A stretch of 64,000 nt of DNA, from IMG/VR virus record IMGVR_UViG_3300022602_000025. The stretch is one strand, 5' to 3'. This DNA is from a virus (Duplodnaviria > Caudoviricetes). The position numbers were made by a program, and so were the translations under genes. Below, piece after piece: positions 43,735-53,070 of this stretch (positions are counted from its first letter, which is position 1; the number at the start of each line of letters is the position of its first letter). The notes beneath the pieces were generated by a model. It was not told where the DNA came from. It ran no database searches and saw only the letters and a list, made by a program, of their open reading frames with translations.

Positions 43735-44132
43735 TCAACTTTCACGGCAACTATAACTTTATTGATTGGAATTGGCTAATTGATCAGTTAAAGGATCAGC
43801 AGGCTCAAGATAATCAGTATGAGCTAGGGGGTATACTAACCCCCGAGCAACAGCGGGCTTATGCTGACTATTGTGGCATCAGTGACTACTCACGCTGTTG
43901 GGTTATTAGGATTGACCCAGGGCAGACATACACAGACTCAGGTGCTATGGGTAAGGGTCCTAGGGCTCATACACACATGGCTCCTTGTGATCCCGGACAC
44001 GTATGGTTCGCTGACGGGTTTAACTTTTACAACAAGTTCCAGGGCGATACGTTCAAATGGTCCAAAGCTGATTTGCCCCTACGTGCGGGCAACTGTGGGC
44101 GTATACCCATGTGGATTATGAATGTGGCCTAG
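43731..44132 (+). CDS. Cupin/Asp-beta-hydroxylase-like fold protein (degenerate)
   Basis: WVIRIDPGQ, PGHVWF, GDTFKW, AGNCG pattern shared with 54325. Confidence 0.5.
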   Translation: MINFHGNYNFIDWNWLIDQLKDQQAQDNQYELGGILTPEQQRAYADYCGISDYSRCWVIRIDPGQTYTDSGAMGKGPRAHTHMAPCDPGHVWFADGFNFYNKFQGDTFKWSKADLPLRAGNCGRIPMWIMNVA

Positions 44133-44565
44133 ACTGTAGCCACTTATCTAAAAGCCAACTGCTAGAATTAGCTTTTGTAGTACCCCCAACACCAAACTCA
44201 AATCTTAGCCTAGGATCCACTAGGGTCATTTCTGGCACATTGTCTGCACCACGATCGCCCCCGTTGGCAAATATGATCTGATCGTTAGGGTATAAGGCTA
44301 GCACGTTGCGTATGGCTTCTATGGCTGTGTCATCGTTGTCATTGAATAGGATAACTCCATCTACAGCTCTAAGGTTTTCTAAGATTATCACACGCTCCGG
44401 GATGGGCAAGAATGCGGCACCCTTTTTACGAGTTAACCACGCATCTGAATTGACACCTACTATTAGTCTATCACCCAGGGCCCTAGCAGAGTTTAGTAAC
44501 GCAATATGGCCCGAATGTATAGGGTCAAAGCCGCCTGTTACTAGAACTGTAGTTGATGTGTGCAT
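44116..44565 (-). CDS. Cytidylyltransferase-like (TagD/RfaE domain II)
   Basis: VTGGFDPIHSGHI (HIGH-type), LIVGVNSD, ER...L..L..VD.V, FANGGDR, NSSS; TAAATA-N5-ATG. Confidence 0.88.
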   Translation of the reverse strand: MHTSTTVLVTGGFDPIHSGHIALLNSARALGDRLIVGVNSDAWLTRKKGAAFLPIPERVIILENLRAVDGVILFNDNDDTAIEAIRNVLALYPNDQIIFANGGDRGADNVPEMTLVDPRLRFEFGVGGTTKANSSSWLLDKWLQSRPHS

Positions 44566-44622
44566 GTGCGTATTTAAAGTCAGAACTGGCCCTAGTAAAA
44601 TTTGTGGCTGATATATACTAAT

Positions 44623-45402
44623 ATGACCGAAAGAATACTAATAATGGGTTTACCAGGTGCAGGTAAAACTACCCTAGCAAAAGCACTAGCAGAGAAAATA
44701 GACGCCGTACAGTTCAATGCAGATGATGTTCGTAAACATTACAACGATTGGGATTTCAGTTATGAAGGACGCATACGTCAAAGTAAACGTATGCGTGATC
44801 TAGCAGATGAAAGTGGTGATAGATTCGTAATCTGTGATTTTGTTGCGCCCTTAGTGGAAATGCGTAATAACTTTAAAGCTGATTGGACTATCTGGGTAGA
44901 CACTATCCGTGAAAGCAGATACGCTGATACTAACGCTATGTTCCAAGAGCCCGAGTACTATGACTTCCGTATCACAGAACAGGACGCTAACAAGTGGGCA
45001 GACTTTATAGCTGATCATATCCTAGACCGCCGCCGTCGCCCTACATTTGATTGGCGGAAGGAAACTGTACAGATGCTGGGCCGTTGGCAACCTTGGCATG
45101 ATGGACATCGTGCTCTATTTGAACGTGCTATCGCTAAAACAGGGCAGGTAGTAATACAGATACGTGACTGCCAAGGATGGCAAGGATCAAATCCTTTTGA
45201 AATTGAAAAAGTTAAGAGTTTTATCCGCCGTGATCTGGATCCCCTATATCAAGGACAGTATCTAATACAGGTTGTACCAAATATAGTAAACATTACCTAC
45301 GGACGTGATGTAGGATATCGTATTGAACAAGAATCATTTGATGAAGCTGTAACCCAAATCAGTGCTACTAAGATAAGACGTAGCATGGGCATTGACAAAT
45401 AA
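44623..45402 (+). CDS. APS kinase-like P-loop domain fused to HxGH nucleotidyltransferase domain
   Basis: ILIMGLPGAGKTT, NAD.VR, DFS.EGR.RQ, DFVAP; C-terminal GRWQPWHDGH...ISAT.IR. Confidence 0.8.
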   Translation: MTERILIMGLPGAGKTTLAKALAEKIDAVQFNADDVRKHYNDWDFSYEGRIRQSKRMRDLADESGDRFVICDFVAPLVEMRNNFKADWTIWVDTIRESRYADTNAMFQEPEYYDFRITEQDANKWADFIADHILDRRRRPTFDWRKETVQMLGRWQPWHDGHRALFERAIAKTGQVVIQIRDCQGWQGSNPFEIEKVKSFIRRDLDPLYQGQYLIQVVPNIVNITYGRDVGYRIEQESFDEAVTQISATKIRRSMGIDK

Positions 45403-45420
45403 GTTAAATGCGTATATAAT
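45392..45420 (+). promoter_or_regulatory. Sigma70 promoter for SleB copy 2
   Basis: TTGACA-17-TATAAT; upstream gene ends IDK with its stop inside the spacer. Confidence 0.85.
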
Positions 45421-45562
45421 GTATTAAACGGGCCATTTTGAGCCTATTTTAGTCCTGTATATGGTCATTTGAAGTAATTATATACACGGCCACTACATTT
45501 GTTAGTGGCTTTTTGTTTTAAACACACACAGAGAGGAATTAACAACAAAGGAGGACAACGAT

Positions 45563-46261
45563 ATGTCTATAATACGCAAAGCAGTTTGTGCGCTAGTAGT
45601 ATTATCGGTTCTGGCTTTCCAAAGTGTCAGTCATGCCGAGACCCCGCAAGTGACAGAAGAGGGTCAACCCAATCTAGCTGGGTATGTAGTAGCAGATGCT
45701 AGAGATAGGATTGGATCGTTCGTAACTGCGATTTCAACTCCCGTAGTCAATATGAAAGAGTTACAATGCCTAGCCCGTAACATATTCTTCGAAGCGGCCA
45801 ATGAGCCGGAAGAGGGTAAGGTAGCAGTAGGCCTAGTTACACTGAACCGTGTCCAAGATGGACGTTTCGGTCGTTCAGTATGTAACGTGGTCGACCAAAA
45901 GACGATCTTTAATGTTCCCAAACATATTGTCGTGGAAAAGCGTCAGTTTTTCCGTACAGTTGAGGAAACTCAAACTGTCTACGTCAATCGTGCTGTGTGT
46001 CAATTCTCATGGCGCTGTGTGTTTGTCAAGACTCCAAAAGGAGAAGACGAACGTTGGGTAGAAAGTCAACAAATTGCTCGAGAGTTATTGTCTAGTGACG
46101 ATACTTACAGTGATTGGCGCAACAAGTATGACGGTGCATTGTACTTTCATGCTACGAATGTCAGACCGCCCTGGGCTCATCAAAAGACAGCCATTGGACG
46201 TGTCGGAGGACATTGGTTTTATCAAGACAAAGAAGCAACACAACGAGTTGTCTATAGATAA
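45563..46261 (+). CDS. Cell wall hydrolase, SleB/Hydrolase_2 family (copy 2)
   Basis: Signal peptide; CLARNIFFEAANEPEEGKVAVG.VTLNRV, CQFSW, GALYFHA..V.PPW, VGGHWFY; AGGAGG SD. Confidence 0.9.
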   Translation: MSIIRKAVCALVVLSVLAFQSVSHAETPQVTEEGQPNLAGYVVADARDRIGSFVTAISTPVVNMKELQCLARNIFFEAANEPEEGKVAVGLVTLNRVQDGRFGRSVCNVVDQKTIFNVPKHIVVEKRQFFRTVEETQTVYVNRAVCQFSWRCVFVKTPKGEDERWVESQQIARELLSSDDTYSDWRNKYDGALYFHATNVRPPWAHQKTAIGRVGGHWFYQDKEATQRVVYR

Positions 46262-46269
46262 ATATTGTT

Positions 46270-46485
46270 ATGAGAGCCCATGAATTTATAACAGAAAAAA
46301 CCAGCGCAGCACTTTGCCATTCAGGTCGCCGTCTAGGACGTAGCGATTATGCTAGTTGTGTGAGCCAAGGGCTCCGAGCTCACACTTCTAAAGGCAAAGG
46401 TCATACAGATGGCAAAGGCCACTACTTAAAAGGCAAGAAGAAAAAGTCTACTAAGTACGGTGGCGATGTTCCAGATTACAGCTAA
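46270..46485 (+). CDS. Small basic protein with CTS-like N-terminus
   Basis: MRAHEFITE...; K/G/H-rich; TAAATA-N5-ATG. Confidence 0.7.
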   Translation: MRAHEFITEKTSAALCHSGRRLGRSDYASCVSQGLRAHTSKGKGHTDGKGHYLKGKKKKSTKYGGDVPDYS

Positions 46486-46512
46486 TCAACAGGTGCGTAT
46501 TTTAAATACGCT

Positions 46513-47805
46513 ATGTTCGATAAACTACCCTGGCTAACCACAGCCAAACCAATAACATTTCAAACAACAGCAACTAATAGAGAACAAAGTCTCTGTGTAG
46601 TCCCATGGATACATCTTAACATCGAACCTGATGGTAGAATGACTCCTTGCTGTCTTACCAGTACTAAGGTTAAGAATCTAGGCAACATCAACGAAACCTC
46701 TATAGAAGAAGTGTGGAACAGTGAAGTTCTACGTACAATGCGTACACAAATGTTAAACGGAAAGCGTCCAGAAATTTGTAGCCGTTGTTGGAAGCAAGAA
46801 GAAGTCACCGGAGAAAGCAGCAGGATCCATCGCAATAGAGAATTTGGGCATGTTGTTGAACGTATTCCAGATATGACTGAGCCTGATGGTACAGTCAAAG
46901 ACATGAAGTTGTTGTATTGGGACTTCCGCTTTAGCAATATATGTAACCTTAAATGTCGTTCATGTGGCCCGCAATATAGTAGTGCATGGAAACCAGATGC
47001 TGAAGCATTGGGTTGGATCAAACCTAATGAGATAGGTAAAGTTATTCAAGTAGACTCTGTAAGTGATAAAACTAACTTTGACTTTATAGTGGAACAATCG
47101 AAGTATGTTGAACGCATTTACTTTGCTGGAGGTGAGCCGTTGCTCATGGATGAGCATTGGCAAATACTAGACTTACTTGAACAACAGGATCGATTTGATG
47201 TTACAATTACATATAACACTAATTGTAGTAGCCTTACGCACAAAGGTAAGAATGTATTAGACTACTGGCGCAAGTGGAAGAAAGGACATATTGAAATATG
47301 GCCTAGCATTGATGAGATTGGACCACGTGCTGAACTTATTCGTAGTGGGTCCGATTGGAATAAGATTGAGCGTAATCTTATCGCAATGAGTGAATTAGAT
47401 AACTTAATCGTTCGCCCTAATATTACAGTTGGTGCATTGAACGCACATCGTATTCCGGAGATTGTCGAGCATCTGACTAGTATTGGAGTTATTAACTCTA
47501 AGCAACACTATCACAATTGGTACATTAATCTTATTTTAGAACCTGATAACTTGCATGTTAGTATTTGGAATGAAACATTTAGAATGCAAACTATTGATAA
47601 GTTAACAGCATGGGCCGCCGAATACGAAAAGAAGTATCGTACTATGCGTATCTTACCTAAGTTAAATCAAATTATACATGAGCTTCGCCAACCTACTAAT
47701 CAAGGTGCTAAGAATCGCTTTTTGCAACTGACTAAACAAATGGATGTGCTACGCCAAGAAGATACGTATGCTACAATTCCAGAATTAGTTGAAGCACTTA
47801 AATGA
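46513..47805 (+). CDS. Radical SAM protein with N-terminal Twitch/SPASM domain
   Basis: CVVPW...DG...PCC...CSRC; CNLKCRSC; FAGGEP; TAAATA-N4-ATG. Confidence 0.92.
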   Translation: MFDKLPWLTTAKPITFQTTATNREQSLCVVPWIHLNIEPDGRMTPCCLTSTKVKNLGNINETSIEEVWNSEVLRTMRTQMLNGKRPEICSRCWKQEEVTGESSRIHRNREFGHVVERIPDMTEPDGTVKDMKLLYWDFRFSNICNLKCRSCGPQYSSAWKPDAEALGWIKPNEIGKVIQVDSVSDKTNFDFIVEQSKYVERIYFAGGEPLLMDEHWQILDLLEQQDRFDVTITYNTNCSSLTHKGKNVLDYWRKWKKGHIEIWPSIDEIGPRAELIRSGSDWNKIERNLIAMSELDNLIVRPNITVGALNAHRIPEIVEHLTSIGVINSKQHYHNWYINLILEPDNLHVSIWNETFRMQTIDKLTAWAAEYEKKYRTMRILPKLNQIIHELRQPTNQGAKNRFLQLTKQMDVLRQEDTYATIPELVEALK

Positions 47806-48728
47806 AACAACTGATAGAGATTAAACAACTTGAACCTGTGTTATATTTAACATGGATTATCAATAATATTTGTACAAACAAATGTAGCTATTGTCCGCCT
47901 ATAACACATAATGGAACTAATCATCATTACGAATGGAGTCATGCCGAACAATTTATTAAATTACTGTTAACCAAGTACCCTCGTATAAATGTAGCGATAA
48001 GCGGTGGCGAGCCCACAGTAAGCCCCTGGTTCCGTGATTTAGTTAAACTGTTCTTTGATAACGGACATGCTGTTGGAATGACCACTAATGGTGCAAGAAG
48101 TGTTAGATACTTTGATGACATAGCACAGTATATGAGTTACATTGTATTCAGCTATCATCCTAGCTTTGAAGATCCAACACTAATAGACAAAGCTCTAGTT
48201 TCTGCAAAGCACACACCTACTTGCATATCAGTTATGATGGACAGTAGACACTTTGATAAAAGTGTCGAAATGTATCACAAATTATGTGAATACGAACAGT
48301 TAACAGTTGAGCCTGTGCGTATTACTCCTTGGATTAAAAGTACAGTAGGTTGTGATTATACAGAAGAACAAATCAAAATACTAACTTCGTTGCAATCAAA
48401 AAAAGCTACAAAAGGAGTTAGTCCAAAGATTAAAAGTCGCATAGGTGGAACATTCTACTATGAAGACGGAACAGTAGATGAGCGAGGAGATGCTCAAGAT
48501 ATTATTAATAAGAAATTAACTAATTTTCAAGGATGGCAATGTAACATAGGACTTGAAAGTTTATTTGTTTATTTTAATGGTATTATTAGAACAGGAAATT
48601 GTAATAGTAGTTTAAGAATCGGTAGCTTACTCGATATAGACAATATACAATGGCCTAGTGAAGCTGTAACATGCCCTCAGACATTTTGTCATTGTACTAC
48701 GGATGTATATGTATCAAAAAGAAAATAA
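47802..48728 (+). CDS. Radical SAM protein with C-terminal Twitch/SPASM domain
   Basis: CTNKCSYC; SGGEPT; CNIG...G....GNC...CPQTFCHC. Confidence 0.92.
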   Translation: MKQLIEIKQLEPVLYLTWIINNICTNKCSYCPPITHNGTNHHYEWSHAEQFIKLLLTKYPRINVAISGGEPTVSPWFRDLVKLFFDNGHAVGMTTNGARSVRYFDDIAQYMSYIVFSYHPSFEDPTLIDKALVSAKHTPTCISVMMDSRHFDKSVEMYHKLCEYEQLTVEPVRITPWIKSTVGCDYTEEQIKILTSLQSKKATKGVSPKIKSRIGGTFYYEDGTVDERGDAQDIINKKLTNFQGWQCNIGLESLFVYFNGIIRTGNCNSSLRIGSLLDIDNIQWPSEAVTCPQTFCHCTTDVYVSKRK

Positions 48729-49692
48729 TATACCTTGGCAATCAATAACACACTTTGGACAGCAGACTATGCTGGACCAAGACTTGTTTAACGTAAGTTG
48801 GATATTAGGACGCTTTTGTAATTACAAGTGTAGCTATTGCTGGCCGTATGCACGAAGTGATGTATTAGATCATCAGCCCTTATCTGTGTATATGAATACA
48901 GTAGATGAGATTAAACGACAAGCAAGAGAAAATGGATTTACTCGTTTTCATTGGAGCTTCAGTGGCGGTGAACCTACTGCCTACAAACACTTTCTCGAAC
49001 TAATTAAACATTTGGATGATGGCCCTAAAGGTAGTGCATACCAAAGTATACATATGACTACTAATCTTAGTCCAGGAAGCAAGTGGTGGAAGAGTTGGTG
49101 TGATGCAACAGCTATGTTACAACGCCGTAGTATCACAGCCAGCTATCACGATGAGTTTGCTAAAGAGCAGGAGTTTGGGGACAAGTGTTTACAGTTGATG
49201 TACGAAACTGTTCATGTAACAGTTAACCAAGTAATGGTTCCTGAGAAGTTTGATGAGCTGTACGAACGATGCTTACGTTTACGCAAGCGTGGTATCAACG
49301 TAACACTAAAGCCGCAGAGCAATGAAACAGCCAGTGCTATTGTTAGTGGATATACAGAAGAGCAAATAAAGATAATGCAAAATGATTTCCAACAAGAATC
49401 ATTAGGTGTGCCTGTGTACCAAATTAGATTAACAGATGGTAAAGACAATTACTATATAGATCAAGCAGAACGATTTAATGCTTTTGGTTTTAATCAGTTT
49501 AAGGATTGGACTTGCAATAGCGGGTACCAAAGTGTTATAATACGTAGTAATGAAGTCAAGCGTGGCTACAGTTGCCACGATGATATCCTAGGCACACTAA
49601 CAGATGGATTTGATTTATTCAAACAACCACAGAAGTGTATTACTCCTAGCTGTGTTAGCTCGGCAGACTCAAAGATACCTAAATGCAAATAG
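48703..49692 (+). CDS. Radical SAM protein with C-terminal Twitch/SPASM domain
   Basis: CNYKCSYC; SGGEPT; CNSG...YSC...CITPSC. Confidence 0.92.
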   Translation: MYMYQKENNIPWQSITHFGQQTMLDQDLFNVSWILGRFCNYKCSYCWPYARSDVLDHQPLSVYMNTVDEIKRQARENGFTRFHWSFSGGEPTAYKHFLELIKHLDDGPKGSAYQSIHMTTNLSPGSKWWKSWCDATAMLQRRSITASYHDEFAKEQEFGDKCLQLMYETVHVTVNQVMVPEKFDELYERCLRLRKRGINVTLKPQSNETASAIVSGYTEEQIKIMQNDFQQESLGVPVYQIRLTDGKDNYYIDQAERFNAFGFNQFKDWTCNSGYQSVIIRSNEVKRGYSCHDDILGTLTDGFDLFKQPQKCITPSCVSSADSKIPKCK

Positions 49693-50273
49693 ATACTGAT
49701 CACTTACATTATTGGATGTGTGCTATCCGTGAAAGCAAAGATCCTATGCGGACTCTTGATGCGTTCTGGAGTGGGCAGATACAAAGTAAAGAGTGGTTAA
49801 TCAGAGAACTTCGTAAGCACGTTAAGAAAGTTGTTAGCATAGATATATACGGCGGATGGGTAGGAGTTCTTGCCAGCATGTTATTCCAATCAGATATCTA
49901 CTGTGGTAAAATACGCAGTATCGATATAGATCCAGAATGTGAATCTGTTGCTAACATGATGAACAAAGCAGAAGAAATGGTAGGCAAGTTCCGTGCTATT
50001 ACAGCAGACATGTGTACCATACGAAGTGATGCAGATGTTGTAATCAATACCAGCTGTGAACATATTACACAAGATCAGTATGACTTATGGTTAAGCGGAA
50101 TGCCTCACAACAGTCTGTTGGTACTACAGAGTAATAACTACAATATAGCAGAGCATATTAGGATCGCTAATAGCCTAGATGAATTTAAACAACAATGTCA
50201 TATTAATACGTTGTGGGCAGGTGAGCTACAGTTACCTAACTACACTAGATATATGATAATAGGACGACAATGA
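49683..50273 (+). CDS. Class I SAM-dependent methyltransferase-like protein
   Basis: IDIYGGWVG, SIDIDP, ADMC, VVINTSCEH. Confidence 0.7.
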   Translation: MQIDTDHLHYWMCAIRESKDPMRTLDAFWSGQIQSKEWLIRELRKHVKKVVSIDIYGGWVGVLASMLFQSDIYCGKIRSIDIDPECESVANMMNKAEEMVGKFRAITADMCTIRSDADVVINTSCEHITQDQYDLWLSGMPHNSLLVLQSNNYNIAEHIRIANSLDEFKQQCHINTLWAGELQLPNYTRYMIIGRQ

Positions 50274-51193
50274 AAATATTAATGACAGGAAGCTCGGGCT
50301 TCATAGGATCGCATTTAGGTCCGTTAATTGAACAAGAACACGAAGTACATCATTTGGTTAGCGACTTAACTGATCACAAGTCTGTGACTCAAGAAGTTTT
50401 AGCATTTGCTCCGGACATCATAGTACATTTGGCTGCACGTACAGAAGTTGAAAAAAGCTTCTATGAACAATTAACTTTTAGTGAAGTAAACTATGTAGGA
50501 TCTGTTAACCTAATTGAAACGGCTGCACGTATTCCTAACTTTAAAAACTTTGTGTTTGCTAGCACGATGGAAGTATACGGTTGGCAACCAATCAGTGATG
50601 AAGTAGAACAAAACGGAATACCAAATGAGTTTGTAGCGTTTGATGAAAACACAGTTCCTTATCCTAATGCTCCTTACTCTGTTGCTAAGTTTGGTGTAGA
50701 GAAATACTTAGAATACATGCACCGTACCTGCGACTTTCCATTTGCCGCTATTAGACAAACTAATTCGTATGGACGTAAAGACAATGAGTTCTTTGTAACA
50801 GAACAGATCATCTGGCAGATGCTGACTAACTCTCGTGAGATACGTTTAGGATATGCAGAACCATATCGTAACTTTATCTACATTGATGACCTGCTTGATG
50901 CGTGGATGGCTGTGATTAGTAATCCAGACAAAGTGCAAGGTAAGATATTCACGATAGGTCCTAACAATCCAATTAAGATACGCGACTATGCTAACCTTAT
51001 CGCTCGTAAGCTAGGATGGGATGGAGAGATCCGTTGGGATATGAAACCTAAGCGTCAAGGGGAGATATATTGGCTAAACAGCAATCACAATCTAATTACA
51101 CAAACATTAGGTTGGGAACCAAAAGTATCATTAAGCGATGGCTTAGATAGAACTATAGAAATTTGGAAACAAAAACTGAATGTACAAGTATAA
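50270..51193 (+). CDS. NAD-dependent sugar epimerase/dehydratase (extended SDR)
   Basis: TGSSGFIG, HLAA, ASTMEVYG, YSVAK (YxxxK), N.YG, RNFIYIDD, LGWEP. Confidence 0.92.
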   Translation: MKILMTGSSGFIGSHLGPLIEQEHEVHHLVSDLTDHKSVTQEVLAFAPDIIVHLAARTEVEKSFYEQLTFSEVNYVGSVNLIETAARIPNFKNFVFASTMEVYGWQPISDEVEQNGIPNEFVAFDENTVPYPNAPYSVAKFGVEKYLEYMHRTCDFPFAAIRQTNSYGRKDNEFFVTEQIIWQMLTNSREIRLGYAEPYRNFIYIDDLLDAWMAVISNPDKVQGKIFTIGPNNPIKIRDYANLIARKLGWDGEIRWDMKPKRQGEIYWLNSNHNLITQTLGWEPKVSLSDGLDRTIEIWKQKLNVQV

Positions 51194-52271
51194 CGAACTA
51201 CAACAAGTACACTTAGAGATATCTTCTCTATGTCAAGCCAGTTGCCCTATGTGTGCAAGGAATAACCACGGCGGGTTACCCAATCCTAACTTACCAGAAA
51301 AGAATCTCAGTCTAGACTTTTATAAAAAGATACTACCGCCTGAACTACTAAAGCAATTAGTATCTATATCTATGTGTGGTAACTTTGGCGATCCTATCAT
51401 GAACAATGATTTGATTGACATGATTAGACATACAGCAGAACATAATCCAAACATTGATATTCATGTGCATACAAATGGTAGTGCTAGAACAAAGCAATGG
51501 TGGATTGATCTAGCACAAGCATTACCTAAGAATCATCTAGTGCTATTTGGTATTGACGGCTTAGAAGATACACACAGTTTGTATCGTGTTGGTACTAACT
51601 GGAAAAAGATTATAGAAAATGCAAAAGCATTTATAGGTGCAGGTGGTAAAGCTCGTTGGAACTTTATTACATTTAGACACAACGAACATCAGTTAGAAGC
51701 ATGTCGTCAAATGAGTAAAGACTTAGGGTTTGACAGCTTCCAAGAAAAGCAAACAAGTCGCTTTATTGGTAATCCATACTTTGAAGTATATGATAAACTA
51801 GGTAATGTTACACACAAGTTAGAACAGCCTAATGAACAGAAGTTAGTGTTTATTGATCGCAAAACTGTAGAGAACTACAAAGAAGTATTTTCTAAAGCAA
51901 CAGTTAAGTGTGAAGTAGAACAATGGCCTAGCGTATATGTAGATGCACAAGGACACTTATATCCTTGTTGTTTCTTAGGTAGTGTTCCTTATCAGTATTC
52001 AACTCCAGATAGACTAGTGTGGAACTTTATGCAAGAAAGCACAGGCGGTCTGTTAAAGAAACTAGAAGCCTTTGGTGGACTAGACGGATTAGATCTTAAC
52101 AAGCATGATATGAAAGATATCATTGATAGCGAAGTGTGGCAGACTATGTGGGATAAGAGTTTTGATAACAACGAAATCCTTATGTGTGCTAGAGTCTGTG
52201 GCAAGTTTCCAGAACCTGTGATCAGTCAGTGCAGAGATCAATTCTTAGACTTAGATACCTTTATGAGTTAA
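51180..52271 (+). CDS. Radical SAM protein with C-terminal Cys cluster
   Basis: CQASCPMC; CGNFGDP; C...VDAQG.LYPCC...CARVC. Confidence 0.92.
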   Translation: MYKYNELQQVHLEISSLCQASCPMCARNNHGGLPNPNLPEKNLSLDFYKKILPPELLKQLVSISMCGNFGDPIMNNDLIDMIRHTAEHNPNIDIHVHTNGSARTKQWWIDLAQALPKNHLVLFGIDGLEDTHSLYRVGTNWKKIIENAKAFIGAGGKARWNFITFRHNEHQLEACRQMSKDLGFDSFQEKQTSRFIGNPYFEVYDKLGNVTHKLEQPNEQKLVFIDRKTVENYKEVFSKATVKCEVEQWPSVYVDAQGHLYPCCFLGSVPYQYSTPDRLVWNFMQESTGGLLKKLEAFGGLDGLDLNKHDMKDIIDSEVWQTMWDKSFDNNEILMCARVCGKFPEPVISQCRDQFLDLDTFMS

Positions 52272-52272
52272 C

Positions 52273-53070
52273 ATGGAATACGGCACAGTTAAATGGTACA
52301 ACGATAGCAAAGCACAAGGAGTCATTAATGCGCTTGTCAGTGGCTATTCTGTGTATGTGTCTGCTGAGGATATAGTTGATGCACAATATCTGTGCGAACA
52401 TCAATTCGTATCTTTCTATACAGACACTGATAGCATGGGCACACGTATTGCTAGAAATGTAAAGATCATTCCTGTTAAAGAAACAGTACTATGCGAAGTA
52501 CCTCGTATCAGTGTATTTGAAAATGTTATTCCTCCTGAATACTGTAAGTCTCTTGTGAACTATTACAATCAAGCAGGTATGAATCCTAACTCGGGATATG
52601 TTAGCCGTGAGCAAGCAAGCGGACAAGTAACTGAACTAGTTGAGCAACGTGGAATCAGTAATGGCATGTTGCCCGTCCATGTAAACTATCTTGCAGATCT
52701 AATACACAATACAATACGTTTGCCATATAGTCATATAGAAGCTATTGATATCTACAATTATGAAGTAGGGCAATACTTAGATCTACATCACGACTATCCT
52801 TATGATCCTACACTCATACCTTATTATAAGAACGGCGGAGATCGAGTAGGCACAGGCATCTTTTGGCTGAACACAGACTACGAAGGTGGCGATACATACT
52901 TCCCACAACTAGATGTTAATGTAAAACCTACACTAGGCGGATTCCTATACTTTGAACAAGGATACGATGAAGCAACCAATTGGAAAACAATACACGAAAG
53001 CACTTTGATTACTAAAGGAACTAAATGGATATCAGCTTGTTTCTTTGCTAATCAACCTAGAGTAAAATGA
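52273..53070 (+). CDS. Cold-shock domain fused to prolyl-4-hydroxylase-like 2OG-Fe(II) oxygenase
   Basis: GTVKWYNDSKAQG...ARNV N-domain; Y..GQY...HHD, YEGG.T.FP, HES..I..G.KW. Confidence 0.8.
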   Translation: MEYGTVKWYNDSKAQGVINALVSGYSVYVSAEDIVDAQYLCEHQFVSFYTDTDSMGTRIARNVKIIPVKETVLCEVPRISVFENVIPPEYCKSLVNYYNQAGMNPNSGYVSREQASGQVTELVEQRGISNGMLPVHVNYLADLIHNTIRLPYSHIEAIDIYNYEVGQYLDLHHDYPYDPTLIPYYKNGGDRVGTGIFWLNTDYEGGDTYFPQLDVNVKPTLGGFLYFEQGYDEATNWKTIHESTLITKGTKWISACFFANQPRVK

